The notes below the pieces were generated by a model. The model did no database searches and had not been told where the DNA came from. It saw only the letters and a program-made list of their open reading frames with translations. This document shows positions 38,773 through 52,800 of a DNA stretch of 64,000 bases, piece by piece. How positions within the stretch are numbered: the stretch's first letter is position 1; each line of letters begins with the position of its first letter. Source of the stretch: Mobula birostris (taxonomy: Eukaryota); contig NC_092384.1 of NCBI RefSeq assembly GCF_030028105.1, positions 3,763,665 through 3,827,664 on the forward strand, in the 5' to 3' direction. A program made the translations under genes and the position numbers.

Positions 38773-41700
38773 GTATGTATACTTTCCGTCGTTAATCCGG
38801 AATGACGAGTTGTAAGATATTCATAAATAGTTTGTGACGAGCAGCTGCCCACGTAGTAAACCACAGTTTTGTTATTTTAAATTGATATACTTTAGTCAGA
38901 GTGGTATCATTCTATTTCAGTCACAGTGATATTAATTATGCGTATTTTTATTTTAATATTTTTTGTCAATAAAGCCAACCATTATACTCTGATGACGATT
39001 GTTTTTCATTCTGACAGTTGCTGACAGGGCCTCGTTTACAGTGCGCCAGATTTCTGGGCAGGTGACAAAGGCAGAGGGTGCAAATGTATCAATCAACTGC
39101 ACCTACCCAGTCTTCGCTCAGAACACACTGATGGCTGTTTATTGGAGGAAAGTGGGACAACGATTTCTTGATGCCACTGCAAGCAGAAGGATAACTATAA
39201 ATTCAGAGCAAGGGTCTACCGAACTCCATATCTTCGGCGTGAAATTTGGTGACTCTGGAATCTATTATTGCTGTGCGAAAGAGTGGACAGGAAAGATTTC
39301 CCAAGGCAATGGCACAAACGTTATTGTACACGGTAATTCTCACTCATAATGTCTTAGACAAATGCAATCACTAAATTAAATGGACCGCGTTAGATATTTA
39401 TAAAGTAGAATAAGAGATCGCCTCTCCATCTACAATAGTTTTCTTCCTTTCGGGTTTGAATAACTGTTGTTTACTGTTAGAACAGTGGAATCTCGGAAAG
39501 AACATTGTTCTCTAATTACATGTAATTTTATGCTCCGTTTTCTCTGGAGATTTGATTCCTGGGGTGTGCATATAATGAAGGACTTTACGACGTTAGATAG
39601 GCAGTTAATGAAATAGAATGTTACATGTGTTAACTGAAATAATTTAATCAGATTCTAGTTCTGTGAGGTACAGATGATGACGTGCCCTACGTAAAATAAG
39701 AGTTCAGCCATTACCTGCAGAATATCAAATCGACTCTGGAAAAAAGGGTCTGTCGTTTTGCCGGCATATACGACGAATTACATCTTCTTGAGTTTCCAGC
39801 CGAGTACAGATATGAATTGTAATCGATGTCTCGATCGCATACTCAGCCATCTTCAGAAAAGCCGAAGAAGAGTTTATTTGCAAACTCGAGTCTGTCTTTC
39901 CCTTTGCAAATAGAAAGAAAAAAATGAATAAATGTTTGTTGTGTGTAGTTAAATAACTTGGGACTAAAGAACGCATTGTGTTCTAAACAGAATCAGAATC
40001 AGGATCAAAATCACCGGCATATGTCGGGAAATTTATTAACATACCGGCACCAGTTCAACGTAAAGCACAATAGAAAATAATAATTTAGGGAAAACAGAAA
40101 ATAAGTAAATAGTTTAAAATAAATCACCAGTTTATCATATACTGTATATACATCCATATATATGTATATATATCACATGTAGTTGTTGTTCAGTCGTTAA
40201 GTCGATTCCGATCCTTCGTGACATCCTGGACCAGGCGGTCTATAATTTTTTCATGGCAGGATACGGAAGTGGATTGCCAGGAATTTCTTCCGCGCAGATA
40301 CTGCTGCTGTCCAGGTTAGGACCCGGCTGGGTTTGAACTCAGTTCCATCCGCCTTGAAGTTCAGTGCCAATGCACTGAGGTAGTGTACGTTGGTTCATTA
40401 CCCATAAGGAATCGAATGGCAGAGAGAAAGAAAAAGTCTTTTTGTTGAATCGCTGAGTGTGTGTCTTCACGCTTCTTTTCTTCTTTCCTCACGGTAATAA
40501 TGAGAAGAGGATATGTCCTGGGCAATATAGGTCCTTAATGATGGACGCAACTCTCCCTAGACACTGCTCCTTCAATATGTCTTGGACACTGCGGATGTTA
40601 GTGCCCATGATAAATCAGCCTTATTATATAACTTACTGTAGCTTCTTCCAATCAGCAAAGTAGTCGCTCCCCAGCATACCAGACGGTGATGCAATCCGTC
40701 AAAGTGCTCTCCTGGTACATCTACAGGAGCTTTCGAGTGTTTTAAGTGACAAACCAAATTTCCTCAAACTTCGAATGAAATATAACCGCTATCTTGCCCC
40801 CATTATAGCTACATCGATATGTTAGGACCAGGTTCGATACTCATATATATTGACACCCAGGAACTTGAAATTGCACACTCTCTCCAAATCTGAGGATTGG
40901 TTTATGATCCCTGTCCTACTGTTTCTGAAGTCCTGGTCAACATTTTGGTCTTACCGACGTTGAGTGAATTGTTGGTGCTGCAACGCCGCTCACCAGGCTG
41001 ATATAGCTCGCTCATGTCCACCCTCCCCTCTCCATATCAGATTCTGCCAACAATTGTTGCTTCTTTACCAAATTTATATATCGTTTCTTAGCTATGCCTA
41101 GGCACATAGTCATGGATATAGACTGAGTAGAGAAGCGGCCTAAAGGACACATCCCAGAGATGCGCCAGTGGTAATCCTCAGTGAGGACGAATTATTAATA
41201 TAAAGTGTGGTCTTCAGGTTAGCAAGTCGAGAACCCAATTGCAGAGGGAGATACAAGGACACATAGCTGATCAGTAAGACTGTAGGAATCATGGCGATAA
41301 ACGCTGTCGTCAACGAACTGCAAACAGCATCGTGGCAAGGTGTCGGCATTGTCCTGGTGATCTAAGGCCGTCTGAAGAGCCGGTGGATGTGATTTTAGTC
41401 CTGTGACCTACCATATCGGCTGCCGTATATTCTGATTCTGAAAAACACAGCCGCGTACACAATATGAATTCCTCCGTCAATAACTATTAGGAACTATTAC
41501 ACAGTTTTCCTGTACCGTAGTGGTATTGAAAGCATTCTAGTTTGTTGTCTGTTTTATTTAAAAACGTCGTTTATTACTCAGTTTAGAGAAGTTAATCTGC
41601 GCAATTCTCTGCCCAATGAAACAGCGGAGGCTACTTCAGTTTAAGACAAGGTCGGGTAAGATTTTTGCATAGTAGGGAATAAAGACTTATGGGAGAAAGT

Positions 41701-44700
41701 CAGGTAGGTATGGAGATGAGTCCACGACCAGATCAGCCATGATCTTATTGCATGATGTAGCAGGCTCGACGGGTCAGATGGCCTACTTTGGTACTATTTC
41801 TAATGTTGTTATGCACTGAGTTAAACAGTAGAAAGTGTAAAAAAAACAAAATAATGCTGATAATAATTTTAAATATATTAAGGATTCCATAAACTGTTGC
41901 GAGTTTCAGTGGTGAATGCAGTACAGCATGTAATATCAGTTTGTCTTGGAGGCAGTGATTGCTAAAATAAATGACAGTATGTTTGCACAGGATGGAGGAC
42001 AGAAGACATTAAATCACACAATTGAGCATTATACATATAATTAATACAACTAGTTACAAAAGATGGATGCAAAGGAGTTAAAAATAGAATTGCTTGTTAA
42101 ATTCAGGATTCCTAAATATTTAGCTGTTGTACCCCTCCTTCCGATGACATGTCTGTGTTTAACAGCGCGGGGCATGGACTGTGAACGGAAGAACTGCCTG
42201 TCTAAATTGTCAATGGGACATTTATAATTTATTTTGCTTATCGATGAAATTCACAATTTCTGGTCATCATTCAACCATGCATTGGAGGCATATTTTTAAA
42301 TTATGTGCCCTCTTTTCACATTAAGTCTGAATTACTGCGTCAAGCTAGATTGTGAATCACTATAGTACTATATTGCCCAAAAAAGGACTGTATTATTCTT
42401 TTTGTTCCAACATCATTTTCAAGCCTTTCCCTCAACTTAGAAACTTTAGCCTTAAAAAAATACCTTCTTTATATTCCTCACTGAACTGCAGGGAATTTTC
42501 ATCATCTTGTCATAACTTGCTGCAGCCTCAGAGACAAATCAAAGGCATAAAGCGTCCAGCACAGCAGACAAATAATAATCCGTGATAATTAAAAAAAAAT
42601 CACCAGATCCATTCACAATAATGGAAAATCGTATAATAGCTCTGGCACATTTGTTCTACAAATTCTGTTCTGATCACAAGAGAATCATATACCTTAGCTT
42701 TATTCGTTCACTCTTACAGCAATCCCTGCCTATTGTTTTCCTCCTGTTACTTATTCTTTTTTCATTCTCCCTGGTTGCCCCTGATTGCAGCATGGTCCAA
42801 CATGCTGTCTTCCACAATCATGAGCTCCGGATCCTTTGTGTCCATTAACCATTTTTTGTCACTGGTGAGGGGTTGCAAGGCTTTGGTAGTCACTGAGTTA
42901 TGTCCTTGTATGTGAATGTTACACCTGAACCCCGTCCGGTGAGGTACCGCATAATGTCAGACAGCATCAAAATGAATAACGGAAGAAACAGTTTATTAGG
43001 GAAATAATGGAAATTCAATCATTATAAATTACAACATCTGATACTCAATGGCATTATTGAATGAATGACATTAAATGTCACTAAATACCCTACCCCGGAA
43101 CAATCTCACTACGCTGTGTTTGGTTCATTAATTTTATTGATGTGTTAATATATGCTTGTTGTAGGCAACTGAGAACTGGAATTTTACTTTGAAATGATTC
43201 AGGTCCTAACGAGCTCAGGACAATGACCCAATTACCATCACTTCTTTCTTGTTGTTGCTGAATCTGACCTTGCTCTACGAACGCCTGAGCTTCTTCTTAA
43301 ATCGGATATTTTTTCTTCTTCATAACTAGATCCTGATAAACGCTGCCAAGCACGGTCCCTAGAATGACTACGAAAGGAGGAGGGTTGAACAAAGGACTAG
43401 CAAATCCACTCCGTAAAAACGCAAGAGTTACAGAAATATCACCAGAGGCCCCAGAGACCATGTTGGGTGCCGCAATAGCGTAGCGCTAGTGTGCTGCGTT
43501 TTAGCTTGGGGCGAGCAGGGGTTCGGGGTTAAGTTTCTGTGCCGTCTGTAAGGAGTTTTCAGTGTTCTCTGCGTGTCAAACGTGAGTGTTCCCCAGGTTC
43601 TTCGTTTTTATTTTCCACAGACCACCGATGTTACAGGTACGTTATTTGGTCTTTGGAAATGGTCCTTGACTAGTTTAGGGTAAATCAGATTTGACGGGGG
43701 CTACTGAGGCTGGCTCGAAGGGTCGGAATGGTACACTTCGTGCCGTGTCACTAAAATATAAATCTCTTGGAGCGGAGAGATCTTCGCCAAGAAGATCTAT
43801 GATGGGATACACCTGGTGACAACTTGAAGGACTGCCCCAAGACAGCGGACTCAGGCGGTCTGAAAAAGAATAGGAAAATGCAGTAAGCCAGTGACAATAA
43901 TCAATTGGGTGACAAATACATTCCGCAACATTCTTCGTGCGGAGTTGTGCCTTTTTATTCTCCCAGCACGGTTACTGCGGCAAACATGAAATAATATTTA
44001 CGTTAATTTTGACTCAATTTCTTACATCTCTGTTTTGTTTCCTTTTCCATTGCCCATCATAATCAATTCCCACTCTAAGCCGATTTAACAAAATTTTATC
44101 TCCCCGGCGGCAGAGTCATGGGACATCTTACCTTCCAATTTGAAAGTGCAAATGCAGATCTGCCATGATCTTTCAGTCTGTTAGAAAACAAATTGTTGTT
44201 TTTTCTTGCATGTTGACAGGCAAGAAACAACTGCAGGAAACCATTTAACCGCTACATTTGTAGGGTTATTAAAATGGACAAAAAATAGAATTGATTTTTT
44301 TTTTGACACAAGTCATAGATATATACAACATTGACGTACACTTCTCAGCCCAAATCTGACATGCCGAACAAACCCCAATATCCCTGAACACTTTTTTTTT
44401 GTCCTATTCATGCGCATTTCTAAATGTTTTTTTTTCTTTTGGCATTTTCATTTTATTCCCCTTTCTCAGCTTCCTCGATCATATCATTGCATGTATCTAC
44501 TGCCAAATCTGTAGAAAAATATACCTTTCAGGTTCAATTTAAGCCTGTGCCCATTCATTTTAAGTCCATCCCTCCAGTTGCAGACACCGAAAATCTAGGA
44601 AGAATACGCTGATTACCCACGTTATCTAGGTCCTTATAACTTTATAAATATCAATAAGGTCACCCTTCAACCTCCTTCTCTGCAAAGAGTCGTAGTTTCT

Positions 44701-47700
44701 CCATGTAAATGAAACCTTCGGGACCCAGAGCTGCACGCACTCATTCCAGATTAATGACACATCTATATGCAGCTAGGCAAGAGAACCACGGACAATACCT
44801 CAAGTATGTTCACACAAACGACTTGTGCAATTTCAGCCTGACGTGCCAATTACTGACCAGCACAGGTAGGAATGCCAAATCGGCCTCTTCACCATATTTC
44901 CCATCTGTGTCACTACTTTAAGGGATTTGGTACGTGTGGTAATAGGGTTCAGTTTATGTCAACACTCCCTATGGAACTCCCAAATACTGCTTAAATCTTG
45001 GTCTGGTTTAATGTAGAAAATAGAGCACATTGCACTGTTAAATATGCCCCTTTTTTCGTATTACAAACAGGTTTGTTCCGGGTAGAGCTGTTGAAATAAG
45101 GAGTCTTAATGCTACACAGATTACAGCACTGTGGATAAACAATCGTATGTGTGATGAATTCTGAGAGATATAATTATTGTTCTTACAGGAACTTGATTAG
45201 TTGGCAATTGAATGCCTGTCGGTCGATTATGCAGAAGGACGTTGTGCCGAACTAATTTCTGCTAATCATTGCAACACGCACAAGTTCCATATCCTCTCCA
45301 TATATACTGATTTCCACTTCCAGTCCATTGAGATAGGTATCTTTATCCCATTCTCTCTAAATAGTGGCATATTATTAAGCGAGTTACAGAATAGTTGACA
45401 AAAAACTTTTCCTGCCTTAAAAATGCCATTTTTATTTCATCTTATAAATTGATCTGTTTTTCTCACTAAACTTAGCGGAGGATTTACATTCTATACAAGA
45501 AGGAGATTGGGTGTCAAAACTTCTTGGGATTTACTATTGTTGCTGAATTACATTCTTAATTTAATGTTCTTTCCTTAAATTGTTGTTGATGGTAATACAA
45601 TCCATTGTATTATGAATTAGTCAATGCATCATTTTGCACCACTGCGTCAGTAATCAAAATCTCGGACGTCCTTCCGCATTGTAAGATTTTGGCCGTTAAT
45701 CATACTAGATAGTGTAGACCACCTTGCGTTCAAAATCTCCTTCCCTTAAGTTTCTCCAAAAATGGTTAACCTGCGTTTTGTTAGCAACTCTTGCCACTTT
45801 GTTTTGAATCAATCTCGCCCACCTGATTGGTTCTGTGGAACCAATACCAATCCGAAATGTGGAATTGGTATCTGCAGTGAAGGTGCAAAATTCAAGATTC
45901 ACGATTGCTTCATGTAATTTCCTGTACACATGTATAAAGGAAACAAAATAATTATTACGCAGTATCCGATACAGTACAAAGAGATACTTAATAACAACAC
46001 AATTACAAAAGAACTCACGATAAATGTAATTGCATACGTTAGCTACGATAGATTTGCCCTACCATTAAATTATTTTATATGCAATACGGTGTAAAGTAAA
46101 TGACGTCACTAAAGGTGTATATGTTTTTAATCGGTATGAAGAGTCGGTGAATGATATTATGGGATTTAAACTGAATTCAGTATTTCCAGAAATAATTCAT
46201 TTGTTTGTGCAATTGGTAGTGGGGTTATGTTGGTTTGACGTATAACAATTACAACATATGGAATATAAGAGGAATTACGAAGACCTAAGCTGAAATGCTT
46301 TACATCACAACACATTATAGAACGTGCAGAACGTTCAATAATTTATAAAAGGTGAATTTACGATCTAACAAAAACAAACTAATCTTATTGTAGCTTTTTG
46401 CATGTGTAATAAAGACAAATATGTAGTGGTCACGAAGTCATGGGGTAACGCAGAAAGGTTTTATGTAATTTATCCGTGATCCATTCAGCCGAAACGTCAG
46501 TGTTCTAATTAAGTATATTAAAAAAACACTCAAGAAAATGTATACCGCCATATAAAACGTCTCGCGAAAATATTTAACCTGCTAGACCTGGGATTAATGT
46601 TTCCAAGTTAAATTCAAATTAACATTCCAGGTCGTGAAGAAAACCTTTCTGTCAGCGATTATTTTCTCTGATAAATGCGCGTTTAGAGATTTTAGCTCTT
46701 TTTTTTAAATCATTTGCAGTTCCGCCGGCGCCGTTGAAAATCACCGAATGGAACGCTCCTTCGGTGGCGCTGACGTGCACAACTGCTGCTTTTTTCCCGA
46801 AGGACTATGAGCTCATGTGGCATGAAGATGAAATCAAAATCACTTCAGGAATAAATACCACACAAATACAGAACCAGGAGGGATTATATCTTGTTTCAAG
46901 CTCCCTCAACGCAATAGAAAGCGGGTCTGTTTACACTTGCCTGGTGTTTCATGAATCTCTGAAGGCGCCAGCCTCCGAGACATACAGAATCAGTTTGGGT
47001 AAGAGGCTTATATTCTCAACCGCTTGTTTTATGTCTAGTATTTATCAATTCCTCATAAACGGAGATGAAGGGAACATATTCAAAGGGGAACGAGAAACGT
47101 AAGGCAGTGGCTATACAACAGCAGAGTTGGATATCATATTATACTGCTGCTATTTCCAGCTTCAAGGAATAATATGCAAAAAAAAAGGCGTAACTCCCTT
47201 ACTTTTGCAGATCATGTCTTCCTAATTCCCTGTTATCGGCAATGCAGACTTGCCTTTTTATGCAATTTTATCTGATCTCCACTTTGCACAATCAGAATCA
47301 TAGAATTATATGACCTGAAATTTGTGGTTGTTTGGCAGCAGTACAATGCAGTCATCAAACTACTATAAGTTACATATATAAATCAGTAGCACAAAAAAAT
47401 GTTCGCGTAAGGAAAGTAGTTTCATAATCGATGAGTGTGGGTCTTCAGGTATCTTCTCCACGGCGGAGGAGAGTGAAGAATGCATGCACTTTCGACTTCA
47501 TCTCTAACAGGAATAGATATTCTTGAATCCTCTCTAAAGCATCAAAATCTTGCTATAATTGAACACAATATCACAGTGCTAGACAGACTATAGCATAATG
47601 AAAATGCGGCATGACTTCACTTCTTTTAGATTCCATATATTTACCGACAAATGGCATAAGCCTGATTATCACTTTCGGAACTGATCCTGACATGTTAATA

Positions 47701-49826
47701 TAAATAAATGCAAACTTTTTTTTCCCTTCATCTGGTTTGAAACAACAAGTTGATATCCCCAATTCTGCACACCAAACTGCCACACCTGATGTTAGCCTGC
47801 CTGCTCATTATATCAGAGCTCGTATCTGCTTAAGTTTGCCGGCACATTTCACAACACAACCTAGAAATTCAGTTTAGCACCATCTTACTCTTTGGCCTGA
47901 GATCGCTTGCGTATATTTGACAATCCTTGCTTCAATCCATGCATTATTAACTTATTCAAGACGACATAATTATTGATGAAATAAGCGGTATTAAATTTTG
48001 ATATGATTACCTATTAATGTCCTACCTATAATCCAAGTTTTATTTCAAGTTGTGAATTATTACTAAGTCAATGAGGTCAAGACGTGAGAGAAAATATGGA
48101 TCGGCTTCTTTACGTCAGTGATGCACGTGAATCAATTGTTTATTCTCTGTAAAATGCTATTTTTTAACTTCTGTTGAACACCTCAGAAATCAGGGACAAG
48201 ATCAACTTAATCCTGACGGGTGTACTTGCAGCATGCGGAGTCATTATCCTCGCGCTGTTGTTACTTATCAGGCGCTGCAGGGTAGACAGGACTGAAGGTA
48301 AGACTTTACAATGCCTTGGCCCATATTTAGTTTCACTAGCATATTGGAGTTGAGATGGCCGTGAGAAGGGTAAAACATCCATGATGAGAAATCGGGCTAA
48401 GTAGGTGAGCTTGAGTCTATCTGACAACGGAATGTTGTGTGCAGAACAAGATTTAAAACGCATTTACTCAATGTTGCTGAATTTTGCAACGACTAAAAAC
48501 GATATTGTTAGCTCTGCTATAAGTGTTGCAGAGCTGGAATGTTTGTTGCCACACTACAACATATGCAAAATAGAGAGTTTGAATGTTTCTGGGTAATACA
48601 ATAGGTCAATTTTTATCACCAGTAATATCAGCATGGGATGGTTTGATCAAATGACGAGGATGGCATCATATCAGTGGCCTATTTCGAACGGATCCGGTTT
48701 CTTCTGGAATATTCAATAACATTCGGTGCACCTGTTCACATACTGAGGATAATTCGGTCACTTTTTATTTCCTCTAGTAGTAGCCGAAAATGATGAGAAC
48801 TTAATTCGCTACCAGGAAAATCAGGTAAGATTAATATTACTATGGCATATATAGGGGTTTACATATGTTGCACATACACCCAATATCAGTAGCACGTAAT
48901 AGAGCAACAGAATGGCTGTCAGTTTGCATGTTAACACCTTATGTTCTACGATCGCGTGGTTCATTTTTGTTTTGTATCTCTTGCTTACGTAGTGCAGTAT
49001 CTTCAGCGATTTATCTATTCAGATGAGTTTCACAAGCACGATTCCAGGAATGAAAGCGGTGTCAACGAGGAACGTTTGATGGCTCTGGGTCTGTACTCGC
49101 TGGAATTCCAAAGGCTGAAGGGGATCCCATTGTAACATTTCGAATGTTGAAAGGCCTAAACAGGGTAGATGTGAAAAGGATGTTTCTCATCGTCGGAGAG
49201 TCTCGGACAAGACGGCAAAGCCTCAGGATAGATGGGCGCCCTCTCAAAACAGAGCTGCAGAGATTTTTTTTTTTTTTTAGCCAAATGTTCGTGAATTTGT
49301 GGAAGTTGATGCCACTTATAGCTGTGGAGGTCAAGTCGTTGGGTGTATTCAAGGCAAAGATGGATTGGTTCTTGATTGAACATGGCAGCAACAGTTACGA
49401 GGTGAAGGCCGGGAACTGGATTTGAGGAGGAGAAAATAAAGGATTCGCAATGATGTAACGGCACAGCAGACCCGATGGGCCAGACGGCTTAATTCTGCTG
49501 CGATGTCTTATGGTCTTATGGTCTTATTCAGGAACTGTTGAAGTTGAAGCTCTCCACGATACTGCATTTGATATTTTTACCTAATTAGACTGAACCTGCG
49601 TGAATCATTTTATTCGAGGCCCATCATTTTCTAATTAGGCATTAGTACCAACAAAATAAAGTTTAGGACAGTGGCTAATGCTAATATTTGAGAGATTATG
49701 GTGTCGACGTCGTCAGAGCGGACGAATTGGCCGTCAGCTTTAGAACATGTCGACATCATAATCTGTCAGATTTCAGCACTGGACACTCTTCCATTTATTT
49801 CGTTAGTACACAGACACGCACCCACA

Positions 49827-49889
<63 letters not shown>

Positions 49890-52800
49890 CGTTGAGGTAT
49901 TATCCTGCCCACATCATATCGATGCATTTACAAAGAAGGCATAGCAGATGTTATATTTGATGAGGAGTTTGAAGAGATTCGGCATTTTATCAAAGACACT
50001 AGCAAGTCTGTACAGATATAGACTGGCATTCAAAAGTTTGGGCACCACTGGTAAAAATTTCTGTAACTGTGAATAGCTAAGTGAGTTAAAGATAACACAT
50101 TACTTAAAAAAAAAAGTAATCCTTCTTAAATTTTAATTTCCATCGTTTACAGCTGCAAAATAACAAAAAAAGAAACAGGGCCCGAAGCAAAAGTTTGGGC
50201 ACCCTGCGTGGTCGGTAATTAGAAACACACCCTTTTGCAATTACCAATGCTTGTCAACGCTTTTTTATAGCGACCTAAGAGTATTTCCATTCTTGTTTGG
50301 GGGATTTTCGCCAATGCTCCTTGCAAAAGGCTTGTAGTTCTGTGAGATTGTTGGGCCGTCTTGCATGCACTGCTCCTTTAAAGTCGATACACAGATTTTC
50401 GAAGATGTTTAATTCAGGGGAATATAAGGGCCATGGCAAAACTATCTGCTATTCCTCTTGAGGTAGTCCATTGTGGATTTTGAGGTGTGTTTAGGATCAT
50501 TATCCTGTTGTAGAAGCCATCCTCTTTTCATATTCAGCTTTTTTTACAGACGGTGCGATGTTTGCTTCCAGAATCTGCTAGTATTTAATTGAATTATTTC
50601 TTTCCTCTACTACTGAAATCCTCTCTGTGCCACTGGCTGAAACACAAGCCCAAAGCATGATCGATCCACCCCCGCGCTTAACAGTTGGTGCAGCGTTCTT
50701 TTCATGAAATTCTGCACCTTTTTTTCTCCAAACATACCTTTGTTTATTGCAGCCAAGCTGTTCTATTTTAAATTCATCAGTTCACAGGAGTTGTTTTCAA
50801 AATGATTCAGCTTGTTTAGATGTTACTTTGCAAACGCCTGACGCTGACGTTTTTGGTGAGGACACAGGAAAGGTTTTGGAGAAAAAAAGGATGCAGAATT
50901 TGCTTAAAAGAACCCCTCTCCAACTGTAAAACACGGGGGTGGATTGATCATGTTTTGGTCTTATATTGCAGCCAGTGACACGGGGAACATTTCAATGGTA
51001 GAGGGAAGAATGAATTCAATTAAATACCAGCAAATTCTGGATGCAAACATCACACCGTCTGTAAAGAAGCTGAAGATAAAAAGACGATGGCTTCTGCAAC
51101 AAGATACTCATACAGGGACTTAGGATCGATCTGGGCGTCCTCCTTCGTAAGTGCCGACATCATAATCTGTCAGATTTCTGCACTAGACCATCTTCACTTT
51201 ATTTCGTACACACACACACTCACACACACACACACACACCCGCGGCATGCCACACCGACATGCACATTTTGAGCTTTGCTGGCCAAAATTTCTGTTACGG
51301 TGAATAGTTAAATGAGTAGAAGATGAACTGATCTCCAAAAGTCATGAAGTTAAATAGGAAACATTCTTTTCAACATTTCAAACACGACTAGTGCATTTTT
51401 TTTTTGTTTTGTACAATTGTAGAGTGAAAAAAGGAAAGGAGCACCATATAAAAATTTGGGCATCCCAGAGTTTGAGCTCTCAGGTAACTTTGATCAAGTT
51501 CTCCGGCCTTAATTAGCTTGTTAGGGCTATGGCTTGTTCACAATCATCGTTAGGAAAGGCCAAGTGATGAAAATGTTAGAGCTTTACAAATACCTTGACT
51601 CCTGAATCCTTGTCCGAACAATCAGCATCCTTGGGCTCCTCTAAGCAGCGACATAAAACTCTGAAAATTAAAATAAATGATGCCCACAAAGCTGGAGAAG
51701 GCTATAAGAAGATAGCAAATCGTTTTCAGGTAGCTGTTTCCTCAGTTCGTAATGTAATTAAGAAATGACAGTTAACAGGGAAGGTGAAGTTCAAGTTGAG
51801 GTCTGGAAGACCAAGAAAACTTTCCGAGAGAACTGCTCGTAGGATTGCTAGAAAGGCAAATCAACACCCTCGTTTGACTTCAAAAGACCTTCAGGAAGAT
51901 TTAGCAGACTGTGGAGTGGTGGTGCACTGTTCTACTGTGCAGCGACACCTGCACAAATATGACCTTCATGGAAGAGTCATTAGAAGATAACCTTTCCTGC
52001 GTCCTCCCACAAACTTCAGCGTCAGAAGTTTGCAAAGTAACATCTAAACAAGCCTGATGCATTTTGAACACAAGTCCTGTGGACTGATCAAGTTAAAATA
52101 TAGTTTTTTGGCCGCAATAAACAAAGGTAAGTTTGGAGAAAAAAAATTACAGAATTTCATGGAAAGAACATCTCTCCAACTGTTAAGCACTTGGGTGGAT
52201 CGATCATGCTTTGGGCTTGCGTTGCAGCCAGCGGCACGGGGAACATTTATTGGTAGAGGGGAGAATGAATTCAATTAAATACCAGCAAATTCTGGAAGGA
52301 AACATCACACCGATCTGTAAAAAAGCTTCTACAACAGGATAATGATCCTAAACATACCTCAAAATCCACAACGGACTACCTCAAGAGGCGCAAGCTGAGG
52401 GTTTCGTCATGGCCCTCACAGTCCCCCGACCTAAACATCAACGAAAATCGGAAGAGCAGTGCATGCAGACGGTCCAATAATCTCACAGAACCAGATACCT
52501 GTCAAAGGGGTTGTTGCTAAGTACTGCTATGCAGGGTGCCCAAACTTTTGTTTCCGGTCCTTTTCTTTTTTTGTTATCTTAAAACTGTAAAAGATGGAAA
52601 TAAAACAAAAGTAATTATGCTTAAAATATTAAAGAAATATGGACATCTTTAACTTCATGCCTTTTCGAAATCAGGTCATCTTTTAATCGCTTAGCTATTC
52701 TCAGTAACAGACATTTTGACCGGGGCGCCCAAAGCTTTGCATGCCACTGTATATTAGATTAGATTATGAAGAAACGCAGTCCTCTTTTATTGTCCTTTAG

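Larger units (their letters stand above)
42788..52410 (+). repeat. Tandem segmental duplication, copy B
   Basis: Matches window start (agcatggt.caa.atgctg.cttccacaatcatg) through the Tc1 sequence ggact.cctcaagaggcgc. Confidence 0.92.

Noticed and set aside
38922-38960. CACAGTG heptamers near the V exon (38922; reverse at 38650) and at 53564 as possible RAG recombination signals
   Set aside because: No ACAAAAACC-like nonamer at 12 or 23 bp spacing; V and J-like segments are already fused in one exon
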